Below are positions 13,216 through 26,316 of a stretch of 64,000 nt of DNA, one piece after another. How positions within the stretch are numbered: position 1 is the first letter of the stretch; the number at the start of each line of letters is the position of its first letter. The translations under genes were made by a program, and so were the position numbers. The DNA lies in the NCBI RefSeq assembly GCF_009914755.1, contig NC_060935.1; one strand, 5' to 3'. The notes under the pieces were generated by a model. That model ran no database searches. It saw only the letters and a program-made list of their open reading frames with translations, and was not told the DNA's origin. The stretch is from the human T2T-CHM13v2.0 reference genome, Homo sapiens.

Positions 13216-13739
13216 AGATAGGGGTTTAAGAGTATTATATAAAGTTATAAAGGAAAGTGCCAGAAAAATATAAATCTGCCAAATTACACACACAAGGGAA
13301 AGGGGAAAATAGTCCACATAAAGTTTTCTAAAGTGTTAAACAGCGTAGCATAAAACAATGACAGAACTAAAACCAAATATATGTCATCTGAACACAAATT
13401 AATAAACTAAAATCGCTTATTAAAAGAAAAAGACCTCAGATTGCATCACAAAGTAAAACCAACTCTGCTGCGTATAAAAGCACACCTAAAAGAAAGTGAT
13501 TTAGAAAGGTTACGAATAAAGGAATAGACAATGGTATAGCAAATACATGCACAGAAAAATGAAACAGGTCATGATCTAAGTATCAGAAAGGCTGGATTTG
13601 GATGTAAAGCATTAACTGAGACAAAGAATGAACACTTTGTAATGCTAAAAGATACTATATTGCATGATCTCACTTCTCAGTGGAAACTAAAAGGTTGAGA
13701 GTACAATAGTGGTTACCAGAGGATGGCGAGGAGGGGAAG

Positions 13740-13850
13740 GAGGAGGAGAAGGTGAGAGATTGGAGAGGAAGGAGGAGAAGGTGAGAGATTGGAGAAGGAG
13801 GAGGAGATGGTGAGAGATTGGAGAGGAAGGAGGAGATGGTGAGAGATTGG
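13740..13850. repeat. 29-bp purine-rich minisatellite, ~4 copies
   Basis: Unit GGAGGAGA(A/T)GGTGAGAGATTGGAGAGGAA repeated. Confidence 0.9.
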
Positions 13851-13916
13851 TCGATAGGTACAAGGCTAGATGGAATAGGACGAATAAGTTCCATTAGTCT
13901 ACTGCATAGTAGGATG

Positions 13917-14025
13917 ATTAGAGTATAATACTAGAGTATAATAATATATTGTATAGTAATATAATATATTAGAGTATAATAATATATTGTATATAATATA
14001 TAATATTAGAGTATAATAATATATT
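13917..14025. repeat. AT-rich degenerate tandem repeat anchored on TAGAGTATAATA
   Basis: TAGAGTATAATA recurs four times with TA-rich spacers. Confidence 0.8.
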
Positions 14026-15362
14026 TTATCAAAATAGCTGGAAGAGAGGCTTTTGAATGTTCTCTTCACAAAGGAATGATAACTGTTTAAGGTGATGGAT
14101 ATGTTAAATTCCCTGATTTCATCATTATACAATTTATATATATATATGAAAACATCATGTTGTATGCCACAAATATGAACAATTGTTATGCGTCCATTAC
14201 AGTTTTAAAAAAGATACACTGCAGAATGAAACTTTAAAAGTCATGACTACTTATGCACAAAATAGCCTAATATCAATATTTATAAAGCAAAATTAACAGA
14301 AGATACAAGGAGAAATAGGCAAAAACATATCAGGAGTAAAAGGCTTTCATTCAACTCTCTATAATCAAAGATCAAATGGATAAAAGTTAAGTTTACAGAA
14401 GACCAAAACAACATAACTTAAGTACATGTAATTTATATATTTCTAACTCTGAACCCTCAAAACAGAGAAAAACATCTTTATTTGAGATGCAGCCAAAATA
14501 AAAAAGTATAAAATTCATTCTCTGATTCTATTGCACTAAAACTAGAAATGAATAATTAAGGCAAAAATTAAAAATCTTCACTACTGTTTGCAGAAAAATA
14601 TTTAGTGTCTTTTTAAAACAACTCTCTTAGGTCTAAAATGCAAATAAATATGGCAGAATAGCTAGAGCATGCTAATTAAGACAATATATATAAATCAGCT
14701 AAAGTAATTTCAAGAGGGAAATTTGTTTTACTAAGTACTACTAATAATAAAGAGTATATAAAATAAATGAGATAAGCATCCAATTCTAATGTTATAAAAA
14801 TAGAAGAACCCTTAGAAAAGCAGAAGTATTTAATAACTTAGAGCAGAAATTAACAACAGATTTTAAAAGGAAAATATTAGAATAAATCCAAGAGCTGACT
14901 TTGAGAAAAATAAATAATCTAATTAATAAAAGAGAGAGAAAACAAAATCCACAAAATAAGATGTATGGAGCAGGGAGAAACCACAGGTATAGTGGAAATT
15001 AAAACATTACTTTATTCAACTCCATATAAATACATTTGAAAATCTGAAAGGGATGAATCATTGTATAAGTCATACAATTTACTAAACCGGCTCTACAATA
15101 GAGAAAATCTAAACAGATCAATTACAAAAGAATAAACAGAAAAAGTTGGCTAATTTCCTTTCATAAAACTACCAGGCCAGAAATTATTACAAAGGTTACT
15201 TTCTAAGCTTATTTTTAAGAGAAGAAAAAGAAAATTTTAAGCAATTTCTTAATCTTTATTTTCTAGAGCACAGAAAGAAGGAATTCTACTACATCCTATT
15301 TAATGAAACAAGCCTAACACTGATTCCAAAACCCAGCTGTAGACCAGCAACTTTACCAATAT

Positions 15363-15660
15363 CTGACTTGGTCAGTTCACGCTGCTATAACAAAAATGCC
15401 ATGGATTGAGGGGCTTGAACAACAAACATTTATTCCTCACAATTCTGAAAGCTGGGAAGTCCAAGATCAAAGTGCTGGCAGATTAGAAGACTGGTGAATG
15501 GCTGATTCCTGGCTTATAGACAGCCCCTTTCTCGTATCCACGCATGGTCCAGAGATCAGATCTCAGGTATTCTTTTAATAAGGGCATTAATCTCAACTTG
15601 AGGACCCACTCTCATGACCTAATCTAACCCTAATTCTCTCTCAAAGGCTCCATCATGCCA
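15363..15660 (-). mobile_element. MLT1 (MaLR) LTR fragment
   Basis: GCTGCTATAACAAAAATGCCATGGATTGAGGGGCTT...ATTTATTCCTCACAATTCTGAAAGCTGGGAAGTCCAAGATCAAAGTG. Confidence 0.85.
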
Positions 15661-16689
15661 GAAGAAAACATTTTTCTTCTCATCTCCAAGTATCAATGGC
15701 CTAAGTACCATGTAAACCTCAAAAGCCATAAAAGAAAAACTGAAAATCTCACTAACATGAATGTTTTTAAAGCTCTGCATGGCAAAAACTTTCATGAGTA
15801 AGATAAAAAGACAAATTAAAAACTGAGAAAATATTTGCAAATCATAACACAATTTCTTTAATATATAAAGATTTCATAAATCAATAAGAAAAGTAAAACG
15901 TAACAGCACAATAGAAAAAAATGAACAAAGTGATATGGAACCATTTACTGAGAAAGAAGGTGAACGTGTTTTAAGCTTAGGGAAAATTGCTGAATTCTAC
16001 TTACAATAGGAGAATTGCAAAATAAAACTATACTGAAATACAATTTGTCACCGATTAGATTTGCAAATATGAAAATGTTTGATGACACGTTTTTAGATAT
16101 TGCTAAATTACTCTCCATAAAGGTTATACCAAGTTCTCCAACAATGTACGATAATGTGTTTCCCTACATGATCACCATCGTTGGTGCGAATGTAAATTGG
16201 TATAGCCTCTATGGAACTTAACAGTAAAGAACAACATTTAAAATGCATGTACTCTTTTGATCCAGAAATTCTACTTCCAGGAATTCGTCCTTATGTATAC
16301 TCCAGCATGAGTGAAATGATGTCCTTTGTTTTTAATTGCACCATTGTTTATAATAACAAAAAGCTGGACAATAAGAAACCACTTAAAGAAACTATCTCAT
16401 TAAAATTATAGCCAAAAAGTGCCATGCAGTGTTATGAAGGGCATCACCACTTCTGTAATAAAAAGTGGGATTATATATGCCTTTTCTTAAGCATATGCAA
16501 ACTATCTTGAGAAGAAGGCCTAAGAAGCTAGTACTATTTATCACTGCCAGGGAGAAAACCTAGCTTTCTAGAGGACAGTGATAGAAGGAGACGTTTCCCT
16601 GTACACATAATTTTGTACTTTCTAAACTTGGAACAATTTGAAAGCCTTACTTATTCCATAAGTAGAAAAAAACCTATTTTAATAAGTAT

Positions 16690-16910
16690 TATAGTTTCCA
16701 TTTATTGGGTGCTTTCTATGTTCCAGCACCCTTCTCCATCATCCCATGTAAACCTGGCCAAAAAAGCCAATGAAGTATCCTTCATTCCACAGATGAGGAA
16801 ATTGAGGCACATAGAGTTGAGGTAACTCATCTAAGATCACAGAGCTAGAAGGCACCTGAGCCAGGATTGAATCCCTGTGGTGCTATGCAAGAGCCCCAGC
16901 AGTTCCCACT
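16690..16910 (-). mobile_element. MIR SINE
   Basis: MIR core ACAGATGAGGAAATTGAGGCACATAGAGTTGAGGTAACT. Confidence 0.8.
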
Positions 16911-18044
16911 CACATGTACTGCTGTGGACCACATCTATTTGCAGGGTGTCAACAGGGTGGACAGCATATTAATACAGATCAGTCTTGTCCCCTTTTAGAG
17001 GTCACTCCTTTCAAAGGTGCGTCCCATAAGGCCCCAAGCGTGCCAAATGCTTCCCTTGGTTGGCTCTGGACTTCCTGTGCCCCCTGGACGCAGGTGCATG
17101 GATGGGAGGGCAGAAGAGGATGGCGCTGTCCTTAGACACTCCTCCTCAGCCCTCAGAGTCACCTGGTGGCAAATCTCACATTCATAACCTCCTAAGTGCC
17201 TCTCACATGTCTCTCTCTCCCTTCCAATTGCCTCTAACTCAGTTCAGGCTGCCATCAAATCATAACTCAAATTTGGCACAGCCTATTCACTCAGTGGGTG
17301 GTGGCCAGAATAATGTTTTCCCATTTGTATTATATTTTATACACGTAGGAAACCATTTAAATGCCATTATGCAGAAAGAAGATGTCTTTCTAATGCTCTC
17401 CCTTGGTATCAAAGAGAATAGGGCATGATAGAGGACAAGAACCCTCATGCCCTAGGCTTTCCTGGCTTATCTCCCACACAGTTCCTGCCTTCTGAATGTG
17501 TGGAATGAAGAGTGACATGCAATTCTGTGGTTGCTTCAAGGCATTTCTGTTCCCTGGAACTTCACCCACACTCTCTCCTGGGCTTGGAATGCCTGGTGCA
17601 AGTCCACCTGGACAGTTTCCTATGTTGCTTCAGGACTCAGCTCAAGTATCCTTCCCTAGGGAAGCCTTCCCTGACCCTCAGTCTGATTTAAATTCCTCTC
17701 CTTTTTTACTCTATAGTAGCCAAAGTGAAACTCAGTTCTAAAACAGACCACATATGCTATGGTATTGCTGATTCGTCTCTCTGTGGCTAATAATCTGTGA
17801 GCTCCTGGAGAGCAAGGGTGATGTCTTCGTCATCTTGGTACACCCAGGGTCTGGTATAGTGCCTACTACTAGTTTGAACTACTTAGTACTTGTTGAACAA
17901 CTGATTGAATAAAATATGTTAAAGACATGTGCCCCTCCCAGTACTGCTCTTTCACCTTCCAGACCTGCTCCATCAAGCCCTGTACTACTTTCCTAAGCAG
18001 CTAACGGCAGCTTCACTTCCAAGGGCCACATGGAACACTGCTAC

Positions 18045-18520
18045 ATTGGTGGTGCCCAGTGTGCACATTTACTGGTAATTATACCCTGAGTAGTCCCCTC
18101 CCACAGTGACTCTGAGCTCAGCCACATGACTTTCTCTGGCCAATGAGACACTGGCAAGCATGCCACAAACAAAGGCTGGGTGGGTAAGTGCTTGAACACT
18201 GGGGCTTATCCTCTTGAAACTCTCCCTCCTGGAAGCCAGCTGTCAAGGTGTAAAGAAGCCTTGGGGAAACTAGCACTCTGTGAGAGGCCACATGGAGAGA
18301 AGCCTGAAGGAAGAGAGATCATCCTGGACATTCCAGCCTCTATAGACCTCCCAGGTGAATGCATTCTCATGATTGACCTCACCTGTATCTTGTAGAATGC
18401 AGAAAAACCACCTAGCTGAGCCCAACCAACCCACTGAATTGCCATTGTTCAATTTAGGCACTATTTGTTATGATCATTTTGAGGATGATTTGTTATGCCG
18501 CAATAGACAACAGAAACAGG
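18045..18520 (+). mobile_element. MLT1 (MaLR) LTR
   Basis: GACTCTGAGCTCAGCCACATGACTTTCTCTGGCCAATGAGAC...GAGAGGCCACATGGAGAG...TTGTTATGCCGCAATAGACAAC. Confidence 0.8.
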
Positions 18521-19849
18521 CCAATATGGAAACTCCCATATGCCTGATTCCTGGCACAGGAATACAGCTTCCCTGGCAAGCCTAGCTGGTCCCTGCAGCT
18601 GCCCAGTGTACCAAGGCCATTTGCTGGGACCAGGGCTGCCAGCAAAAGCCAGACCCAAGTTAGAAAATTAAGCCCCCAAATAAATGCACAACCATAAAAT
18701 GGAAACACCCAAGAAAAGCCACAGCTGTATACAAATGTGAGTGGCCTTTGTCAGGGAGAAGAAAGGAAGGCCAGGCTGGGCTCTGATGTTGCTTTCCTCT
18801 GGACCTCCTTACAAGCACACCTGGCAGCAAAACTGCATGAAGCTCCAGCCTCTTGGGGCTTTTGATCTTGGAACAAAACAAAATAACATTCCACACCAAC
18901 TCCTACCCAGCCCCATGCAGAAATTCAGGTGGTGTTAGACCCAAGGGGAATCCTGTGCTCTGGCCCCCTTCTGCTGCAGGGTAGAATCCACACTTTTTTC
19001 CCTTTGTCCAGCATCCCTATGTGCCTGGCATTGTGCACAGACCCATGATTGCTGCTTAGGAGCAGCAGGAGAAGAACCACCAACCAGGAGAGTAGACAGC
19101 ACTCCTGGGAGCCACCAAGGGGAATCTTGAAAGTTGAGGAGCCCTAAAACAAGGATGTCTTTCTGTTTATTTATACACAGTATCCTTTTCTTCAAGACTA
19201 AGCTAGGTTTCTTTTTTTTTTTTTTATACTTTGTGGCTCTTGCTTCAATTACAATTAAATCACTTTTGTGAATATAAAATCCTTCTTTTCCAGCAGAAAG
19301 GCAGCTCCTTGAGAGCAGAGACTATGCCTACCTGATTCTACATTGCAACTGTGTTGCCCAGCACAGAGCATGGCACATACTGAGTACTCGGCAAGTAGCT
19401 GCGGAATGAATAAATGAAATGAATGAATGTGAAGCCCAGTGTCCTGCATGCAGGATTTCTTGTTGATGATGCTGATGATGCTGTCTCACACCTCTGTGCC
19501 TTTACATGTGCTGTTCCTTTGCCCAACATCCCTTTCTCTCCTCTGTCCCCCACACAGCCCTCTTACTAGCTCTGGAATGGTGAGCTCATTTCAGACCTCT
19601 TTGATCTTCAGTTTGTTCCTCCAGACACGGGGATAACACCTGCCTTAGAAAGAGGGTGTAAGAGTGAACTCTGACCATGCCTATAAATTGCCTGGCTTCA
19701 ATAATGCTAGCGGGCTTTCTCTGACTTCTAGCAAAGATTCCCATGACCATTTCTTGGTACCGTGTTCTCAGCCCCTGGTGCTGTGTAGCCAGAAGTCATT
19801 TTTATCATAAAGTAGTTAGGCAGTGATGGGAAACCATCAGGTGAGCTAG

Positions 19850-20020
19850 ATCCATGTTTCTCAGATTTTATTGTACGTGAGCATTACTTGGGGATCATGT
19901 TAAAATACAGATTCTAATTCAGGAAGTCTGCGTAAGGAAGGGTGCTGAGATTTTGCATTTCTAGCAAGCACTCCAAGGACGGGATCCTGCAGCCCTAGGA
20001 AGCACTCTTTGAGGAGCAAG
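19850..20020. mobile_element. MER5A (hAT-Charlie) DNA transposon
   Basis: TGTTAAAATACAGATTCTAATTCAGGAAGTCTG...CTGAGATTTTGCATTTCTAGCAAGC. Confidence 0.75.
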
Positions 20021-21256
20021 AGGATACAACACCAGCCTTAAGACAAGCCAGGAGAGAGGCAGGGGCAGCCATAGGGTGGCCACTGGAATCAGGCATGGGC
20101 AGTGGTGGCTGTGGCTCAGGCTGTTTGGGTGACAATACCCCTGGCTAGTAGGTGGTAGAACCCGATGCTAGTAGCTCTAGGGCCCCTGCCTAGAGGCTGC
20201 ACAGCTGAACTCCAGGGAACGCCTGGAGCAGACGTTTCATTTTCCAGTTGGTGGAAGTAGGAGGAAGCAGGGGAGTTTTCTTCTGGTGAGGTTGCTCTCA
20301 GAATTGGTGCCAGAAAGACATATGTTCCCAGTTGCAAGTTTCTGAGCCTCTGCCTCTCACCCCTCCTACTAGAGGGCAGTTGAGAAGAACACTAATCATA
20401 AAAGGAGGCCACATGACACGTGTTACTCTGAGGAGCAGGAAGGCCTCCCTGGGCAATGTCCCTGACTGGGAGCTGATACTGCAGGAAAGGAAGGGGGAAA
20501 CTAGGGCCAGACTTTTCAAGGAGCTTAGTAAGACCTGTCGGGGCCTGCTGGTGGCACATGGCACATTCCTTGTGACCTCCTGGCAGCCCTGGAAGAGAAC
20601 AAGCAGAGCCCACCCAGGTCAGAAGGGGCCTCTTCTCCTCTGGGCTCAGGAAAGTGGGGAGAGAAGCGCTTTACCTGCATTGTCTCTGTGGTTCCCAACC
20701 TTCCTGGGGGTTCCTGGGGGCTTCTGAGGACTCTTGTTTCATGTCTAAGCCATCTGCAGATCCCTTCACAAGAGCAGCCACAGTGCTTAGCGTCTGTTGA
20801 TTGAAAACAATGCCATGACAAAAGCCAACGGGGCTGTTCACTGATTTCCAGCTTTATTCTAAGAACACTGATGGACGTATGAAAACTGCTGACCATCTAT
20901 GACCAGTCGGCCTTAATTCAGTGTGCGGGTAACGGATTTAAGGTGTCAGTGGTAACACAGATCTTTTGCAATCATTCTGTATCTCCCCTCCCTTCTTGGT
21001 CTTTGTTATCTCATTTAATCCTGAATCCTTTATCTCATGGAGCCTTCACAGCAACCCTTGAAAGTAGGGTATTGCTACCCTCATTTTACAGACCAGCAAG
21101 CTGAATCTCTAATAGGTCAAGTGCACTGTCCAAAGCCACTTGTCGAGGAAGAAGCAGAATCAGGTTTGTAGCCCGGGTTTTTCTGACACTGCAGCCGACC
21201 TCTTTCCACTGTATTCCTGGGGACTTCCTTAGCCGCGGCTTAGCATGGAATCACTC

Positions 21257-21275
21257 TGGCGCCCTCTGGAGGTCA
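21257..21275 (-). promoter_or_regulatory. Candidate CTCF binding site
   Basis: Reverse strand TGACCTCCAGAGGGCGCCA closely matches the CTCF core TGGCCACCAGGGGGCGCTA. Confidence 0.6.
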
Positions 21276-22321
21276 CTCTTCCATCCTGCCCCTTGGTTCC
21301 CAATGAAGTCCAGTTAATCACAAATTAATACCCATTGCTTTCCTTTTCTTTTTTGTAAGGTCTGGCACCCTGAAGAGACTCTTAAGTGAAATATAGCTGA
21401 TTATTATAAAAATGTGTCTAAGAATGGAGACACGTGCAAGGGCTCTCAGCCCACTCTCACAGCCTAGGGAGAAGAGGAGGTGATGGAGGAGGAGGTGACA
21501 GGCCCCCTCCACCCCCACCCCACGCCCACCCCCACGTGGCCCCACAGCTGTCTGTCTGTGTCAAATGTTCTAAGCAGAGGTTGGGGGCTTCACTCCCCAC
21601 ACAAAGAGAGTTCAGAGCTGTCAGCACCTTTCCCACGGTACGCTAGGTGCTGAGGAACAGGTGATAATTACAGCCCTGTCACCCTCATCACCTCTGAGCT
21701 GGATGAGTTTTTTTCTAAAAACAAATGTTGTGCTGCCTGAAGATCAAAGTTGGAGCTTAGGTTGGGGAAATACACACATGCAGGCTGCTGCTCTTTTCCA
21801 TGAAGCACAGGGAACTGGCTTGGAAAACACCTTGGAGATGGCTGTCTTGGCCTCCTGCCAGGGGAAAGAGATCGTAGGAGGGAGGAGGAGGCTGCCTGGC
21901 CTCCATAGGTGCACCTTCTGCCTCCTGAGAGAGGTGATCCTTCACCAGCCAGCATGGCGGGTCAGAGTTCCACCCCTCTGCCCTTTGGAGAAAAGGAACC
22001 TGCGTGGCCCTTCACATCTTAGAAGGAACCTTTCATGTAGCGCCCACCTGTACCTCTGAAGTCAACTCTCTTCTCCAACTTAAATGCTCTCCAACTCTTT
22101 GGATTTTTAATTTAAAAGGACTCAAAGCTCCTCAGTCTCCTCAAGGTCTCCCTGTCCTCAGGACTCACCATCATGTATCTGTGAACATCTGTGTTAAAAA
22201 GCAGCAATGAGACTAAAATATTCTGGAAATATGTACTCAGATTTTCACATTCAGATTTACACACACTTCTATAAGCCAAAACAATTTCCTATACAAACAA
22301 ATGTCATTCCACATAATATCT

Positions 22322-22570
22322 ACTGTTAATTGAGTATTTTACTATACACCAAGCATTGTGATAAGCATTTACACATGTTACCCCATTTAGTCTTCATGCA
22401 GCCTTATGAGATGGGTATAGAGACTGTGTATATCACCATCACTTTACAGGTAAGGAAACTAAACCCTAAAGATGTTAGGAATTTACCGGAGTCTCAGAGC
22501 TAATGAAGTATTGAGAAAGCACTGAACTCCATACCTGTTTGTCTCCAAAACTCCACGCTGTTAACCACTC
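22322..22570 (-). mobile_element. MIR SINE
   Basis: CACTTTACAGGTAAGGAAACTAAACCCTAAAGATGTTAGG core, with typical flanks. Confidence 0.7.
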
Positions 22571-23433
22571 CTCTATCTCTTCTACCTCATACAAAATCAT
22601 GTAATGTTGTTTTACATAAAACTGTACATACACTCCAATATAGCTCTACTTAATTGCATTTATAATGACATAAGCATGCTCAGGAAGGGATCCCAGTAAG
22701 TCCCTGCAAGTTGTCATAAAATCAAAATTTCTATTTTTAAAAAAAGACCCTATAGAAATAGGGTCCTCTCCCAGTGTAACTTACCTAATCAACTTTACTT
22801 ACAACTACTTATCATTCTAGAAACTATCATTTAGACAAAAGCAAAGCAATTAATGTATTGAAATACATTCTTGGTTTGCCTCAGCAATTTAATCTCTCAG
22901 AAAGCAGAGGTTGTGGGTAGAAGAAGGTATCTATTTGGAATCTAATTCTGCTTTAACAAGCGGCAACTGCTTAGAGAAGGAACAAAGAGAGAAATCCTGA
23001 GAAATAGTAGCCAGGTCACCTCAAAGTTCATGCTATTCACGAAGAAAAGAGCTGGGCATGGTCTTACTTGTACCTTAGTTTTTACAAGTCAGATTGCAAA
23101 ATCTTCAGAGAAAAGATCGGCTGATCCCATGACCTGACACTCTCATGGCAGACAGCTCTGAAGGGATGACTTTCAAGAAAGAAATTCTGACAAGACAATT
23201 GCAAATGACTCTGATATAGAAGAAGTGTGATTGCACAGGATGAATACACACGAGTGACACAGACCTTTAAGTATAATGTCAGGAAGGCTGAAGCCCAGAA
23301 TGAGCCGAAGCCAACACCACAAAAGGTCTTCTTGGGTAGAATAAGAGAAATGAGAACAAAGAAGGGCTAGATCCACCTCTCCAAGGACTAGCTGTATGAC
23401 CTGGGGTGATTTTCTTAACCTCTCTGAACCTCA

Positions 23434-23840
<407 letters not shown>

Positions 23841-23852
23841 AATCTAGCACAG

Positions 23853-24666
23853 AAGAAGACATTCAAAAAATATAAGTTGTAAACATACGAAAAAAAGGTC
23901 ATCATCACTGGTCATTAGAGAAATGCAAAACAAAACCACAATGAGACACCATCTCACACCAGTTAGAGTGACGATCATTAAAAAGTCAGGAAACAACAGA
24001 TGCTGGAGAGGATGTGGAGAAATAGGAACGCTTTTACACTATTGGTGGGAGTGTAAATTAGTTCAACCATTATGGAAGACAGTGTGGCGATTCCTCAAGG
24101 ATCTAGAACCAGAAATACCATTTGACCCAGCAATCCCATTACTGGGTGTATACCCAAAGGATTATAAATCATTCTGCTTTAAAGACACATGCACACGTAT
24201 GTTTATTGCAGCACTATTCACAATAGCAAAGACTTGGAACCAACCCAAATGCCCATCAATAATAGATTGGATAAAGAACATATACACCATGGAATACTAT
24301 GCAGCCATAAAACAGAATGAGTTCATGTCCTTTGCAGGGACATGGATGAAGCTGGAAACAATCATTCTCAGTGAACTAACACAGGAACAGAAAACCAAAC
24401 ACCGCATGTTCTCACTTATAAGTGGGAGTTGAATAATGAGAATACGTGGACACAGGGAGGGGAACATCACACACTGGGGCCTGCCGGGGTGTCGGGGGCA
24501 AGGGAGGGAGAGCGTTAGGACAAATACCGAATGCATGCAGGGCTTAAAACCTAGATGATGGGTTGATGGGTGCAACAAACCATCATGGCACATGTATACC
24601 TATGTAACAAACCTGCATGTTCTGCACGTGTATCCCAGAACTTAAAGTATAATAAATAAATAAATA
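23853..24666 (+). mobile_element. 5'-truncated L1PA 3' end (ORF2p C-terminal fragment, 3' UTR and tail)
   Basis: ORF 23923-24432 encodes the L1 ORF2p C-terminus ([36 protein letters not shown]...HRMFSLISGS), followed by L1PA 3' UTR and an (AATA)n tail. Confidence 0.96.
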
Positions 24667-24698
24667 TATACATACATGTTGTCAGTTCCTTCCTGTCC

Positions 24699-25190
<492 letters not shown>

Positions 25191-26060
25191 TGAGGTCAAG
25201 GCTCTTGACCTGGAAGAATTCTATTCAACAGTTTGTGGATATCACACAGGATATGGACCTGCTGTTGGAAACCCTTGAAGAATCATCATGGATGTAGAAA
25301 GGACAAGTACATGACAGGAACACAGCAAACACTCAATTAAAATTGGTTCAAATGTTGAAAAGGGACTAGAAAAAAGCAAACGCCTTCATTTTCCAAAAGA
25401 GATACATTTGCTGGGGGCCCATCCCAGGTACAATTCTCATTAAGTAGGTGGTTTGCATGCCCTCAAGGAGAGATTCTGTGATCCACAGGGGCCACCATGG
25501 GTCCATGAAGAGCCCCTTATACCTGACATTTCTCGTTTTCTTTTCCGATAGAGTTGTCGGATGAATAGATGAAAAACAGTACCTATGGGCTCATGATCCC
25601 AGGCAGAGAAATGTGACTCAGATGATCATACAGTCAGGGGCTTTATAACTGGCAGAATGACCACATCCAAGGAGAACAATCACTAGATCAATTTAACTGG
25701 ATCAATACTTGGGGTGAGGACCCTGGAGTCCTAGGCAGGGCTCTCACCTCCCCATAGATGAATTGCTGATCAGTTATAAATTGAATAAGGAGGGGCCGTT
25801 CATGTGTTGAAGAGCAGAGTCCAGATCCTGTTATACCTGCATCAGGTAAACCTGAGATCACAAAAGCAATGTCTTTTCTATAACATCTATGTTTCTCCAG
25901 GCTCCATAGTCACCCAGGCTGAAAGCATCTTCCTCTCATTCGTTCCTGGGACCAATTTGCTCACCAAATTCACTGGTTTTACCTCCTAAATATTTATCAG
26001 GTATTTCCTCTACTTTCAATCCCACCATCCCTGCGTAAATGTAAGCCCTTGTCATACTAG

Positions 26061-26316
26061 GTAATCATGGTCAGGGATTTGGAATCTGGTCAGAGAAAGC
26101 TGTGTTCAAATCTCAGTTTATGCTCATAGCTTATGCTGTGCAATCCTGGGCAAGTTATTAAACCTGTTGAAATTTCAGTTTCTTTGTATGTAATGTGGGC
26201 ATAATAGTGACAGCTGCCTCAGAGGTTGATACAAGATTTATGAGATAATCCTTGCAAAGTATTTAGCACTGTACCTGGCACGGGATAAGTACTCAGTAAA
26301 TATTGATTAATATTAC
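26061..26316 (+). mobile_element. Near full-length MIR SINE
   Basis: TGTGTTCAAATCTCAG...CTGGGCAAGTTATTAAACCTGTT...CAGTTTCTTTGTATGTAATGTGGGCATAATAG...TTAGCACTGTACCTGGCAC. Confidence 0.85.

Larger units (their letters stand above)
13664..14212 (+). mobile_element. 5'-truncated L1MA-type 3' end nested in the older L1
   Basis: GAGAGTACAATAGTGGTTACCAGAGG...AAAATAGCTGGAAGAGAGGCTTTTGAATGTTCTC...GGTGATGGATATGTTAAATTCCCTGATTT; AAAAGATAC occurs on both flanks. Confidence 0.8.

Noticed and set aside
23923-24432. 169-aa ORF, the longest in the window
   Set aside because: It is the C-terminal fragment of L1 ORF2p in a 5'-truncated L1PA, not a host gene.
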